A stretch of 64,000 nt of DNA, taken from contig CAVYZN010000021.1 of assembly GCA_963773065.1 (NCBI GenBank), forward strand, positions 9,110 through 73,109, written 5' to 3'. This document shows, piece after piece, positions 1-10,700 of this stretch (position 1 is its first letter; every line of letters begins with the position of its first letter). The notes under the pieces are model-generated. The model saw nothing but the letters and a program-made list of their open reading frames with translations. It searched no databases and was not told the origin of the DNA. The position numbers and the translations under genes are program-made. This stretch comes from an uncultured Gammaproteobacteria bacterium (GTDB lineage: Bacteria > Pseudomonadota > Gammaproteobacteria > UBA9214).

Positions 1-108
1 TCGGATTACCACGGTCCGGAAAATCCCTGGGTGCGGCTCGGCGAGCTGGCGGAACTGCCGGCGGGCTGCCGTCCGATCTGGGAGAGCGAGGGCTGGCCGA
101 GCAACTAG
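1..108 (+). CDS. 3' end of PHP-domain phosphoesterase (YciV/TrpH-like), partial
   Basis: Frame 1 reads SDYHGPENPWVRLG...WPSN*; SDxHG is the C-terminal PHP motif; usual neighbour upstream of yciO. Confidence 0.7.
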   Translation, partial: SDYHGPENPWVRLGELAELPAGCRPIWESEGWPSN

Positions 109-230
109 GGTTCGTCCATAAACATCTATTTTCACCGCAAAGACGCAAAGTTCGCGAAGAAACTTATTAACAAAAAACAGTTAAACGGCTTTGCGTTCTT
201 TGCGCCTTTGCGGTGAATAAATCAATTTCG
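109..230 (+). repeat. Palindromic MITE-like repeat, copy 1 (right terminal repeat missing)
   Basis: TTCACCGCAAAGACGCAAAG...CTTTGCGCCTTTGCGGTGAA inverted arms around an AT-rich spacer; near-identical to the reverse complement of 6493-6622. Confidence 0.85.
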
Positions 231-259
231 ACATACATTCCACGTCCCATACTCCAACC

Positions 260-880
260 ATGAGCCAGTTTTTCCAGATACACCCGGTCAATCCCCAGGC
301 GCGGCTGATTAAACAGGCCATCGAGATCATTCGCGCGGACGGTCTCATCGCCTATCCGACGGATTCGAGCTACGCGCTGGGTTGCCGTGTCGGCGACAAG
401 GGCGGCATGGAGCGGATCCGCCGCATCCGCGCGCTGGACCACAAGCATAACTTCACGCTGGTCTGCCGGGATCTCTCGGAGATCGCCGCCTATGCCAAGG
501 TCGATAACAGCGCCTACCGTCTGCTGAAGTCCCTCACCCCGGGACCCTATACCTTCATCCTCAGCGCCACGCACGAGGTGCCGCGGCGCCTGCAAAACCC
601 GAAACGCAAGACCATCGGGATACGCGTGCCCGATCATCCCATCGCCCAGGCGCTGCTCGCCGAGCTGGGCGAACCGCTGATGAGCTCGACCCTGATTCTG
701 CCGGGCAGGGATATGCCCGAGACCGAGGCTGCCGCGATACGCGAACGCCTGGAGCGCGAGGTGGACCTCGTCATCGACGGCGGGCACTGCGGATTTGAAC
801 CGACGACGGTGGTCGATATGAGCGAGGGCGCGCCGCGGGTGCTGCGCCAGGGTTGCGGCGCCGTCGACGGCTTGCCCTGA
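260..880 (+). CDS. yciO: YciO/Sua5/TsaC family protein (threonylcarbamoyl-AMP synthase-like)
   Basis: MSQFFQIHPVNPQARLI, YPTDSSYALGC, PGPYTFIL, RKTIGIRVP motifs. Confidence 0.9.
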   Translation: MSQFFQIHPVNPQARLIKQAIEIIRADGLIAYPTDSSYALGCRVGDKGGMERIRRIRALDHKHNFTLVCRDLSEIAAYAKVDNSAYRLLKSLTPGPYTFILSATHEVPRRLQNPKRKTIGIRVPDHPIAQALLAELGEPLMSSTLILPGRDMPETEAAAIRERLEREVDLVIDGGHCGFEPTTVVDMSEGAPRVLRQGCGAVDGLP

Positions 881-924
881 AGAGGCGCTACGCCGATCGA
901 TCTGTCCTGCCGGGGCAATCCGGG

Positions 925-930
925 TATAAT
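925..930 (+). promoter_or_regulatory. Sigma70 -10 box (TATAAT), probable leaderless promoter of the site-2 protease gene
   Basis: Perfect TATAAT 6 nt before ATG 937; no Shine-Dalgarno. Confidence 0.55.
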
Positions 931-936
931 TCCGCG

Positions 937-1590
937 ATGCAGAATCTCTCGACGGTCCAGTTTGCGGCCATTGCAATCCTGCCCCTCCTGTTTGGCATCA
1001 CCCTGCACGAAGTCGCGCACGGCTGGGTCGCCAAGCACCTGGGCGACAAGACGGCCCTCATGATGGGCAGGCTCACGCTGAATCCGATCAAGCACATCGA
1101 CCCGCTCGGCACCATCATCGTTCCCGGGTTGATGATGCTCGCCGGCGGCGCCATTTTCGGCTGGGCCAAACCGGTGCCGGTGACCTGGCAGAACCTCAAG
1201 GATCCGAAACGGGACATGGCGCTGGTCGCCCTGGCGGGCCCCATGGCCAATCTGGGGATGGCGTTTCTCTGGGCCCTGATTGCCCGGGTGGGCGTCATGC
1301 TGGCCTCCACTTCACAATGGGCGTCAATTCCGATGATTTACATGGGTTACATCGGCATCCAGCTCAATCTGGTGCTGATGGTGCTCAACCTGCTGCCGTT
1401 GCCGCCGCTCGACGGCGGGCGGGTCATGACCAGCCTGTTGCCGGGCCCGCTGGCTTACCGGTTCAGCCGCATCGAGCCTTACGGCTTCTTCATCCTGATC
1501 GCGCTGCTGATGAGCGGCATACTGTGGAAGGTGCTGGGGCCGCCGGTGGCGGTACTGGTGGACCTCTTCAGCCTGGTGGCCGGCATCTAG
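937..1590 (+). CDS. Site-2 protease family (M50) membrane metalloprotease
   Basis: HEVAH zinc motif, NLLPLPPLDGG, several TM helices; start set at ATG 937. Confidence 0.92.
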   Translation: MQNLSTVQFAAIAILPLLFGITLHEVAHGWVAKHLGDKTALMMGRLTLNPIKHIDPLGTIIVPGLMMLAGGAIFGWAKPVPVTWQNLKDPKRDMALVALAGPMANLGMAFLWALIARVGVMLASTSQWASIPMIYMGYIGIQLNLVLMVLNLLPLPPLDGGRVMTSLLPGPLAYRFSRIEPYGFFILIALLMSGILWKVLGPPVAVLVDLFSLVAGI

Positions 1591-1610
1591 GGATAGGGAA
1601 AGGGCGCAGC

Positions 1611-2866
1611 ATGGCGAAAACCCATTCACGGGTGCTATCCGGAATGCGTCCCACCGGGCGCCTGCACCTCGGCCACTATCATGGCGTCCTCAAGAACTGG
1701 GTCAGGTTGCAGCAGGAATTCGACTGTTTCTTCTTCGTGGCCGACTGGCATGCGCTCACCACGCACTACGAGGAATCGCACATCATCGCCGAGAGCGTCT
1801 GGGACATGGTGATCGACTGGCTGGCGGCGGGCGTCGACCCGGAGTCCGCGCAGTTGTTCATCCAGTCGCACGTACCGGAGCACGCCGAGCTGCATCTGCT
1901 GCTTTCCATGGTGACGCCGCTCGGCTGGCTGGAACGGGTGCCGAGCTACAAGGACCAGCAGGAAAAGCTGCGGGAACGGGATCTCGCCACCTACGGCTTT
2001 CTCGGTTATCCGCTGCTGCAGAGCGCCGACATCCTCATCTACGGGGCCGACAAGGTGCCGGTCGGCGAGGACCAGGTGGCCCATGTCGAGCTGACCCGCG
2101 AGGTGGCGCGGCGCTTCAACCATATCTTCGGGCGTGAACCGGGTTTTGAGGAGGCCGCCGAGACCGCCATCAGAAAGATGGGCAAGAAGAACGCGCGCCT
2201 CTACCATGACCTGCGCAAACGCTACCAGGAGCAGGGGGAACGCGAGGCGGTGGCGGTGGCGCAAGCCCTGCTTGAGGAACAGCAGAACCTTTCCCACAGC
2301 GACCGCGAACGCCTGCTCGGGTATCTCGAGGGCAGCGGTCGGCATGATCCTGACCGAGCCGCAGGCCCTGCTCACGCCGGCCTCCCGCATGCCCGGCCTG
2401 GACGGACAGAAGATGTCCAAGTCCTACCACAACACCATCACCCTGCGGGAAAACCCGGAGGATGTCCGGCAAAAATTGCGCACCATGCCGACCGACCCGG
2501 CGCGCATACGCCGCACCGATGCCGGGAACCCCGATGTCTGCCCGGTATGGCAACTGCATGCGGTTTATTCCGATGAGGCCGTGAAGGCGCTGGGTGCGGG
2601 AGGGCTGCACCACGGCCGGGATCGGTTGTCTGGAATGCAAGCAGCCCATCATCGACAGCATACTCGGCGAACTCGCGCCCCTGCAGGAACGGGCGCGGGA
2701 GTACGAACAGGACAGGGATCGGGTGCGCGCCATCATCGCGGAAGGATGCGAGGCCGCCCGCGCCGTCGCCCGCGAAACGCTGGCAGAGGTGCGCGCCGTC
2801 ATGGGGCTGGATTACTCGCCGAAGAACCTGATAGGAAATCGAGACATCCCTTCGAAACTGGGTTAG
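1611..2866 (+). CDS. trpS: Tryptophan-tRNA ligase (two frameshifts near 2340 and 2590, probably sequencing errors)
   Basis: SGMRPTGRLHLGH (HIGH-like), GYPLLQSADIL, VPVGEDQ, KMSKS in the next frame, GCLECKQP in a third frame. Confidence 0.9.
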
Positions 2867-2929
2867 AATCCCGCGGACGGCTGAAGCCGTCCCTCGGTCA
2901 CGTTAACGCCGTAACGTCCAGGGCACTCC

Positions 2930-3784
2930 ATGAGCGAAAACCAGAACCGCGAAGCAAGACCTGATATCCCGACGCAGGAAGAACTTCCCCTCGCCATCAT
3001 ACGGGGCCACGCTCTGGCCTCGTTTCCCAAGGATCTCTACATACCTCCGGACGCGCTGGAGGTGTTTCTGGAGTCATTCGAGGGTCCGCTCGATCTCCTG
3101 CTGTACCTTATCCGCAAGGAGAATCTCGATATCCTGGACATACCGATCGCCGAGATTACACGTCAATACACCGACTATATCGAACTCATCCAGGGCATGC
3201 GGCTTGAGCTGGCCGGTGAATACCTGGTGATGTCGGCCATGCTGGCCGAGATCAAGTCGCGGCTGCTGCTGCCGCGACCGGCGGGCGAGGAGGAGGACGA
3301 GGAGGATCCCCGCGCCGAACTGGTTCGCCGCTTGCAGGAGTACGAACGCTACAAGCAGGCCGCGGAAGATCTCGACGCCCTGCCGCAACTGGGACGCGAT
3401 GTCTACCAGGCCCGGGCGGAGCGGGTGGACGGCAAGCTGCTCAGGTTGCCCCCGGAGGTGAATCTGCAGGACCTGATCGCCGCGTTGCAGGAGGTGATGA
3501 AACGCGTCTCCATGTTTGCTCATCATCACGTGCAGATGGAATCACTGTCCGTGCGCGAGCGCATGTCCTGTGTTCTGGATGCGGTCCAGGCCCATCGCTA
3601 TACCCGTTTCGTCGATCTCTTCACCGTCGAGGAGGGACGCATGGGCGTGGTGGTGACGTTCCTGGCCGTGCTGGAGCTGACCCGGGAATCCCTCATCGAA
3701 CTCACTCAGTCCGAACCGTTCGCGCCGATTCATGTCAGGGCGGCTTCCAGCATTGAACAACTTCCCGAGCAGGCGACGGCATGA
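2930..3784 (+). CDS. scpA: Segregation and condensation protein A
   Basis: FEGPLDLLLYLIRK, VVTFLAVLEL; paired with scpB. Confidence 0.93.
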   Translation: MSENQNREARPDIPTQEELPLAIIRGHALASFPKDLYIPPDALEVFLESFEGPLDLLLYLIRKENLDILDIPIAEITRQYTDYIELIQGMRLELAGEYLVMSAMLAEIKSRLLLPRPAGEEEDEEDPRAELVRRLQEYERYKQAAEDLDALPQLGRDVYQARAERVDGKLLRLPPEVNLQDLIAALQEVMKRVSMFAHHHVQMESLSVRERMSCVLDAVQAHRYTRFVDLFTVEEGRMGVVVTFLAVLELTRESLIELTQSEPFAPIHVRAASSIEQLPEQATA

Positions 3785-4557
3785 CCGACGAGACGCAGGC
3801 CAGCGAACCGCCAGCCGCCGATCCCCAGGCCGGTGAACCGCACATCAGCGAACCGCCAGCCGGCGAAGCGCAATCGGATAGCGAACGGCTGAAACTGATC
3901 GTTGAGGCCATCCTGCTCGCCGCGGGCCGGCCGATGAGCCTGGATCAGTTGCTGGCCCTGTTCACCGAGGAGGAAAGACCGGAGCGCGGCGACCTGCGCG
4001 GCGCCTTGGCGGCGCTCGCGGATGACTTCAGGCACCGCGGCATCGAACTCGCCGAGGTCGGCGGCGGCTACCGCATCCAGATCCGGCGGGAGATGCAGCT
4101 CTGGGTGTCGCGCCTGTGGGAGGAGAAACCCGCGCGTTATTCGCGCGCCTTGCTGGAGACGCTGGCGCTGATTGCCTACCGCCAGCCGATCACGCGCGGT
4201 GAGATCGAGGAAGTGCGCGGCGTCACCGTCAGTACGTCCATCATGAAAACCCTGCTGGAGAGGGAATGGATACGCGCCGTCGGCCATCGCGATGTCCCCG
4301 GCCATCCCGCCATGTATGGCACCACGAAACAGTTCCTCGACTATTTCGGTCTGAAAAGCCTCGATGAGCTGCCGACCCTGGCCGAACTGCGCGATCTGGG
4401 CACGTTCGGTCCCGAACTGGCGCTCGATTTGTCGGAGGTTCTTCCGGAACACCGGCTGATGCCGGCCAATGATGAACCGGACGCGCCGCTTCCCGCGCGG
4501 GAAGAGAATCCCCTGGTCAGCGAGTCCGCGGAAGACACACCCGCCACATTTCACTAG
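3781..4557 (+). CDS. scpB: SMC-Scp complex subunit ScpB
   Basis: YSRALLETLALIAYRQPITRGEIEEVRGV, YGTTKQFLDYFGL; ATGA overlap with scpA. Confidence 0.95.
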   Translation: MTDETQASEPPAADPQAGEPHISEPPAGEAQSDSERLKLIVEAILLAAGRPMSLDQLLALFTEEERPERGDLRGALAALADDFRHRGIELAEVGGGYRIQIRREMQLWVSRLWEEKPARYSRALLETLALIAYRQPITRGEIEEVRGVTVSTSIMKTLLEREWIRAVGHRDVPGHPAMYGTTKQFLDYFGLKSLDELPTLAELRDLGTFGPELALDLSEVLPEHRLMPANDEPDAPLPAREENPLVSESAEDTPATFH

Positions 4558-4572
4558 CCCGCCGTTGCGTTC

Positions 4573-5456
4573 ATGGCGGAGCGTCTGCAAAAAATCCTGG
4601 CCCGTGCCGGTTATGGTTCACGCCGCCAGATCGAGGACTGGATACGCGCCGGCAGGATCAGCGTCAATGGCAGTCCTGCCGTACTGGGTCTTGGCGTTAC
4701 CGGGGCGGACCGCATCGAGATCGACGGCCGGCCGGTGGCGGTGGCCATCGCCCTCGGACAGCCGATCCCACGAACAATCCTCTACCACAAACCCGTGGGT
4801 GAACTCACGACACGCGCGGACCCGGAAGGCCGCCCGACGGTGTTCGACAAGCTGCCGCCGCTGAAGACGGCGCGCTGGATCGCGGTCGGCCGCCTCGATT
4901 TCAACACGGCGGGACTCCTGCTGCTCACGACCGATGGCGAACTGGCCAATCGCCTGATGCATCCTTCCACGGAGATCGAGAGGGAGTATGCCGTGCGCGT
5001 GCTGGGCGAGGTTGCCGCCCCCGTGATCGAGCGCCTGCTCGGCGGCGTTGAACTGGAAGACGGGAGGGCGGCGTTTGGCTCCATCCACGACGCCGGCGGG
5101 AGCGGCGCAAACCACTGGTACCATGTCACCCTGAAGGAAGGGCGCAACCGCGAGGTGCGGCGCATGTGGGAATCGCAGGGCGTGGCGGTAAGCCGCCTCA
5201 TCCGGGTGCGCTTCGGGCCGATCGGCCTGCCGCGGGAACTGCGCCCGGGACGCCACCGGCCGCTGACCCGCCGGAGGTCATGGCGCTCTACCGCGCGACC
5301 GGCCTCAAGCCGCCGCGAGTGTCACCGCAGCGCGACCACCGGCAAGAAATCCGCACCCGGCAAGCGGGCGAAAACGCCGTATTCACCGCAGAGACGCAGA
5401 GGACGCGGAGAAAAAGAATAAAGGGCTCGATCGAAATAGTGGCGTTTCTCCTGTAG
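4573..5456 (+). CDS. rluB: 23S rRNA pseudouridine synthase B (frameshift near 5270; C-terminus uncertain)
   Basis: ERLQKILARAGYGSRR S4 domain, GRLDFNTAGLLL, EGRNREVRR; LTPPEVMALY continues in another frame. Confidence 0.88.
5382..5416 (+). repeat. Half-arm of the TTCACCGCAGAGACGCAGAG repeat family at the rluB 3' end
   Basis: TTCACCGCAGAGACGCAGAGGACGCGGAGAA resembles the left arm of the repeats at 109, 6493 and 13944. Confidence 0.55.
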
Positions 5457-5520
5457 GAGCGGGCTTGCCCGCGAACGGGTATCGAAACCCAACGATTCGC
5501 GGGCAAGCCCGCTCCGTACA
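5452..5520. repeat. GTAG-type REP doublet (REPIN)
   Basis: TGTAGGAGCGGGCTTGCCCGCGA ... TCGCGGGCAAGCCCGCTCCGTACA, an inverted pair of palindromic REPs. Confidence 0.85.
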
Positions 5521-5680
5521 AGTGGTTTCGTTACGATTTCAGCTCCAGGCGCTACTGAACCAATCGTTGGACCTGTCTGATGTGGAGATCGCTGCGCTAC
5601 CGGGCCTGCTTGGGGAACCGCCGTTCGTGTTGTCGGGAGCTGATATGACTCGAAGGGAACTACTGCAATGGCCGGTAAAT

Positions 5681-6445
5681 TCACTCCACGGTGAACTGCC
5701 GGCCGCTGATGCCCCGGCTGTCCGTCGAGAGCAGATACAGGAACGGCCTGAGCACCTCGTCCGCCGTTCTGAGCCGGCTCCGGTCCTCGGCCGGATAGGC
5801 GATCAGGCGCAACGCCGTGCGCACGGCGCCCGGGTCGATGCTGTTGGCGCGCACCGGTGTATTGGCTTCCAGTTCATCGGCCAGGATCTGCATCATGTTC
5901 TCCAGCCCGGCCTTGGCGATGCCATAGGCGCCCCAGTACGCCTTGCCGCGGCGCCCCGCGGCATCGGAGGTGAAGATGATGGAGGCATCGTCTTCGCAGC
6001 GGGTCATCAGTTCCAGACAGGCCCGGGTCAGCAGATAGGGCGCGTTGAGGTTGATCTGCATGACCTGGTGCCAGAGCTCGTCATCGAAATGCGCCAGCGG
6101 GGTCAGCGCGCCGAGCAGGGCCGCATTGTGTACCAGCCCGTGCAGCCGCCCGAATTCCCGTTCGAGGGTATGGGCGAGCGCGGCGTAGTCCTGCGCTGTC
6201 GCGCCCTGCAGGTCCAGCGGGTAGAGCGCGGGTTCCGGGTGCCCCGCCGCCAGGATTTCATCGTAGGTCTGTTCCAGCCCGCGCACGTTGCGGTCCAGCA
6301 TGACGACCGTCGCGCCGTGTCTCGCGCAGGCGCGCGCGAGCGCCCGGCCGATCCCGTCGGCGGCGCCCGTGACCAGTACGATCCTGCCGGCAAGCAAATC
6401 GGCGGCGGGTTCCCAGTCGCGGGGTGGTTGGTGATCAGCGGTCAT
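5681..6445 (-). CDS. yciK: YciK-family short-chain dehydrogenase/reductase
   Basis: TGAADGIG, AYWGAYGIAK (YxxxK), HNAALLG; start at ATG 6445 with TATAAT 10 nt upstream. Confidence 0.88.
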   Translation of the reverse strand: MTADHQPPRDWEPAADLLAGRIVLVTGAADGIGRALARACARHGATVVMLDRNVRGLEQTYDEILAAGHPEPALYPLDLQGATAQDYAALAHTLEREFGRLHGLVHNAALLGALTPLAHFDDELWHQVMQINLNAPYLLTRACLELMTRCEDDASIIFTSDAAGRRGKAYWGAYGIAKAGLENMMQILADELEANTPVRANSIDPGAVRTALRLIAYPAEDRSRLRTADEVLRPFLYLLSTDSRGISGRQFTVE

Positions 6446-6492
6446 GAGGGCGCCGATTATACCGGGGAATATCCCCTTCCCGATAACCCGGA

Positions 6493-6622
6493 TGTCCGTC
6501 CATAAAGAAATAAACTCACCGCAAAGGCGCGAAGAACGCAAAGCCGTTTAATTGTTTTTGTTAATATGTCTTCTTCGCGAACTTTGCGTCTTTGCGGTGA
6601 AAATGGTGTTTATGGATGGACG
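6493..6622 (-). repeat. Palindromic MITE-like repeat, copy 2 (complete, terminal inverted repeats)
   Basis: TGTCCGTCCATAAA ... TTTATGGATGGACG termini plus internal CACCGCAAAG...CTTTGCGGTG arms. Confidence 0.85.
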
Positions 6623-6651
6623 TAGTGACACGATATGGTTGGATTGTGGCG

Positions 6652-7296
6652 ATGCTAGACGATATCCCGCTGTTTTCCGATCTCGATGCGGCCGAGCTCG
6701 CGTTGTTGTCCAGCAAGGCGGTGACCCGGCAGTACCCGCGCAACACGATCATCATCAATGAGGGTGATCGCAGCGATTCCCTGTATATCATCCGCTCGGG
6801 CAGCGTAAAGGTCTTTCTGAGCGATGCCGACGGCAGGGAAGTGATTCTGAACGTTCAGGGACCCGGCGAGTATTTCGGTGAACTGGCGTTGATCGACATC
6901 GGTCCGAGATCGGCCTCCGTCATCACGCAGGATAAAGCCACGCTGTCACTCATTTCGAAGTCGGATTTCGAGGATTTCATGCGACAGCACCCGGCGGCCA
7001 CCGTCAAGATCATGCGCGGCATGGTCAAGCGGCTGCGGGCGCTGACGGAGAGTGTGAGAAGCCTGGCCCTGATGGACGTCTACGGCCGGGTCGCCGGTCT
7101 GCTGCTCAAGCTCTCGAAGCCCGAGGGGGATATCCGGGTGATCAGGGATCCCTTGACCCAGCAGGATATCGCCGACCGGGTGGGCGCCTCCCGCGAGATG
7201 GTGAGCCGCATCCTCAAGGATCTGAAGGCCGGCGGCTATATCGAGATTCACGACCGGCAGATCACCATCCGGGAGCGGCTGCCGCACGGCTGGTAG
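6652..7296 (+). CDS. Crp/Fnr family cNMP-binding transcriptional regulator
   Basis: Phosphate-binding cassette FGELALIDIGPRSA; HTH LTQQDIADRVGASREMVSRIL. Confidence 0.93.
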   Translation: MLDDIPLFSDLDAAELALLSSKAVTRQYPRNTIIINEGDRSDSLYIIRSGSVKVFLSDADGREVILNVQGPGEYFGELALIDIGPRSASVITQDKATLSLISKSDFEDFMRQHPAATVKIMRGMVKRLRALTESVRSLALMDVYGRVAGLLLKLSKPEGDIRVIRDPLTQQDIADRVGASREMVSRILKDLKAGGYIEIHDRQITIRERLPHGW

Positions 7297-7348
7297 TCAG
7301 GACGGCGTCGGCGTCCGCTGCCGGCAGCGGTTTTCCCTCAACCGCCGG

Positions 7349-7552
7349 TTAAGTGCATATCTTGACCCAGCCAGTTCCCGTCCAGACGTAAATGCAGCCG
7401 GGACTCTGCTTGGTGGCGATGATCGCCGAGGCCCAGGCGTGTGGCGGTTGCGGGGCATCCATGCTGTGTTTCCCTAGAGGTGATGTCACCTCGACCACCT
7501 TGCCCTCTTCATCGAGGTGAAACTCGACCGGAATGGTTTCTCTTATTGCCAT
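7349..7552 (-). CDS. 67-aa small protein with C-terminal Cys-x12-Cys aromatic loop
   Basis: Strong RBS AAGGGAGGA before ATG; fills the gap between crp and the receptor gene; ends SPGCIYVWTGTGWVKICT. Confidence 0.7.
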   Translation of the reverse strand: MAIRETIPVEFHLDEEGKVVEVTSPLGKHSMDAPQPPHAWASAIIATKQSPGCIYVWTGTGWVKICT

Positions 7553-7774
7553 GATGATTCCTCCCTTCTGATTTTGCGCCCATGGCGTTCCCGTTGCGCG
7601 GGTCCGCCTGTTACACGGTGGCAGGCAGATACCACCGATTCTGAATCCTCACGTTTATCGTTCAGACGGGCATGGCCGTCATCGAGAATCCGAAACCCGG
7701 CGCCATGACGGCCTGACAATCTCCCCACGAATCATTCACGAGACCGCCATCCGTGTCCCTTTGCTATCCGCCAT

Positions 7775-10700
7775 TCAGAATGACAGGGTCAGGCGTGTGA
7801 AGAAAAACCGTTCCGGATAGATGCGCGGGTTGAAGGGATCGGTATCCACGAACTTGAACTTTCTCATCGAGCAGGTTGCTCACCCCGGCGCTGATGAACC
7901 CGTAGCGCTTCGGCAGCCGGTAACCGACCGTGGCATCCACCAGCCAGAACTGGTCGTTCTTGTCTTCGTCGGCACGTTGGCGAGGAACCCCGGCCCCGCG
8001 GTGGAAAATTCGCCCTGCTGGTCGATGTACGTCGTCCGCAAGTGGGCGAAGTAGCCGAGGGGATGAAAATAGCTGACGGTCAGCGGCACCCGCTGGGTCT
8101 GGATTTGGGTGGCCTGGAATTCGCCGGTGAAGGACTGCTCCCGCTTGAAGTCCTCATACTGGTATTCCGCGCTCGCCGCCACGCGCCGGGTGGGCGTCCA
8201 GTACAGATAGGCGCGCCCGAAGCCCTCGTCCCAGTTGACCTCATCGGGATCGCCGTCGATCAGGGGTACTTGCGTGTCACGCCAGCGGTATTCCACGCCG
8301 CCGGAAACATCGGCGGTAAACACCTGATCGGCCGCCAGTCCATAGACGATGGCCTTGGTGCCGAACGGATCGTCGTAGAACTGGTTGAATCCCGCCACCT
8401 GGGTCGGCTCGATCGTCTGGCTGCTGGAGAGGCTGCGGGTGATGGTCCGAAATGCCGCGGCGCGCAGCGTGGTGTTTCCCTCGCCTGCCAGGTGAGGCCG
8501 AGCTTCGGATTGAGCTTCTGGACGCCGATGTGGGATTGTCTCGGCGGGCAGCGGCACGCCATTGGCCGTGTTCTTGCTGGTTTGATCCTCTCCGAGGTCG
8601 TCATAACTCGCGCCCGCCGTGACCAGCAGCGTATCGCCGTAGGGAATGTTGGCATAGCTATAAACGTTTTTGTGATCCTTGTTCTGATCCCGGTCTGGAA
8701 TCGACGTTTGAGGCGGGAAACACCGGCGGCGTGAAGGTGGTGTCGGCGGTGGAAGGCAGCTTGCCGTCACCGGTGAAATAGCCCGCCCCGCTCACCAGCC
8801 TGAACGAGGCGCCATGGTAGAGGTGCTGGATCTCCGTGGTATTGCCGTTCTGGTGTTGTTCGAGATTGACGTTGGTATTCGCGGTCACTGGCGGCAGACC
8901 GGGGATCGGAGGCAGGTCCTGGGGTACGGAGGTGTCGAGGTTGAAGTCCCAGTCATGCAGGGTGATGAACGAGGCGATGATTTCCGAGCGCGGCGTGAAT
9001 TCATGGTGCAGGCCGAGCCGCATGGTCTCGGCCGTGGTCTTCTCGCGCTGGGTAGGCAGGAAATCATCCGGCTCGAAGCGCTGTACCAGATCGCCGTTCT
9101 TGATCCGCCGGTCGCGGTATTCGGCCTGTACGCTGGTCTGGTAGCTGAGCGCGCCCTGAACGAAGAGATCGTAGATGTCCTGGTCCTGGTCGTTGTTGTC
9201 GCGGAAGCCGTCGCTCTGGTAGTGGAACTGGCCGGCGCTCCAGGACCAGTTGTTGTACACGCCGTTTTGCACCACGTCATCGCCCCAGGTGCTGTTGCTG
9301 CCGGCGAGGCCGTCGGCCTGCAGGGCGAGGCGGTTGCGCGTGAACAGCGGATTGAACTCCAGGTAGGCGGGATCGGCCGGACCGGCGCCTTCCAGGATGA
9401 ACAGGTTCTCCTCCGCGAGCTGCGGCGGCACCGGGGTCAGGTTGATCGGCTGCAGGAGCTGGGACTGCAGCAGTTCGCTCACGCGGGCGATCTCGTGGCG
9501 GGGCAGGACGGAATAGCTGTCCGCGAGCAGCCGGTGGGCCGAGTAATTGGCGGGGTCGGTGTTGACCGACTGCCAGCCCTTCACCAGCGCCAGCTGCTCG
9601 AAACCGAGGTCGCTGTAGATGCGCGCCTGGCTGGCGCTGCGGGTGGCCAGATCCTCGTCGAGCTGCAGGCGCGAGCGGTACACGGCGCGGTTGTCGTTGA
9701 GCGCGATGGAGGTCTGCATGTCGTGCAGCGCCTCGACCGGGCGGTTTTCGGTCTGCTTGCGGATGGCGTCATAGAACCACGGCGTCGGGTCCTTGGGGTC
9801 GAGCGTCTTGGCCATCTCGTACTGGGTCCCCGCCAGCCGGTCGCGCTTCTCCTCGTAGTAGGCCTTGCCCATGTAGCTGCGGATCAGGGAACTGGCGGGA
9901 TCGAGCGCCACCGCGATTTCGATGGCTTCCCGGCCCGCCGCCAGCTCGCCTTTGCGGATCTGCGCCAGACCCAGCCCCAGGCGGGGCAGGGGCGCCGCCT
10001 GATCGAGAGCGATGGCTTCATCGAAGGCGCTCAGGGCCTGCGGTATTTTGATCTGAGTGAGGTAGGCGTAACCGCGCACGGTCTGGGTCAGAGCCAGTCG
10101 CGGCTCGATGCTGCTGGCCCGTTCCGCCGCCGCCAGTCCCTCATCCAGATAGCCCAGCGAAAGCCGCAGCTCCGCGAGACGCGCCCAGGCGAGGGCATCG
10201 TCGGGATTGTCGCGCACGGCGCTCTGCAGGCTCTCCAGCGCGCCGGCGAGATCGAAGGATCGCCTGCTGGACATAGGACATCGCGATCCGCGCCGCGGCG
10301 GAGGCGGGCCGGGCGGTGACGGCGCGCTGCGCCAGTTCCCGTGCGGATGCCGTGTCGTTCTGGGTCAGGGCGATGATGGACTGCAGCGCCAGCGCCTCGC
10401 TGTTGTCGGGGTCCTGCGCGAGCACCTGGGCCAGATACGCCCGCGCCTCATCGACCCGGCCCACGGCCAGGGCCTGCGCGGCCTGTTGCAGCGGAGCGTT
10501 GAGGCTTTCGGTGGCGGAGAGCACCGGCGGATAATACAGGGTCCATTGCACGGCATCGCGCGGGCGGACCACGGCTTCGGTGATCGGGGCCTGGCCGGCC
10601 TGGGCCACGGCGCGCTGATTGGCGCCGACCTGCACGCTGCCCGCCGGGTTGCTGACCTGCACCTGGCCTTCGTAGACGATGACGCCGGTTTCGCCCTCAT

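Noticed and set aside
2330-2600. Programmed frameshifting or a split trpS
   Set aside because: No slippery sequence; similar indels occur throughout the window, so sequencing error is more parsimonious
5465-5680. Possible gene between rluB and yciK
   Set aside because: The ORF starts inside a REP and overlaps yciK antisense; no RBS or motif
7349-7400. Radical-SAM cyclophane (triceptide) RiPP core, given the WTG/WVK motifs
   Set aside because: No radical SAM/SPASM enzyme, protease or exporter in the locus; kept only as a Cys-loop peptide
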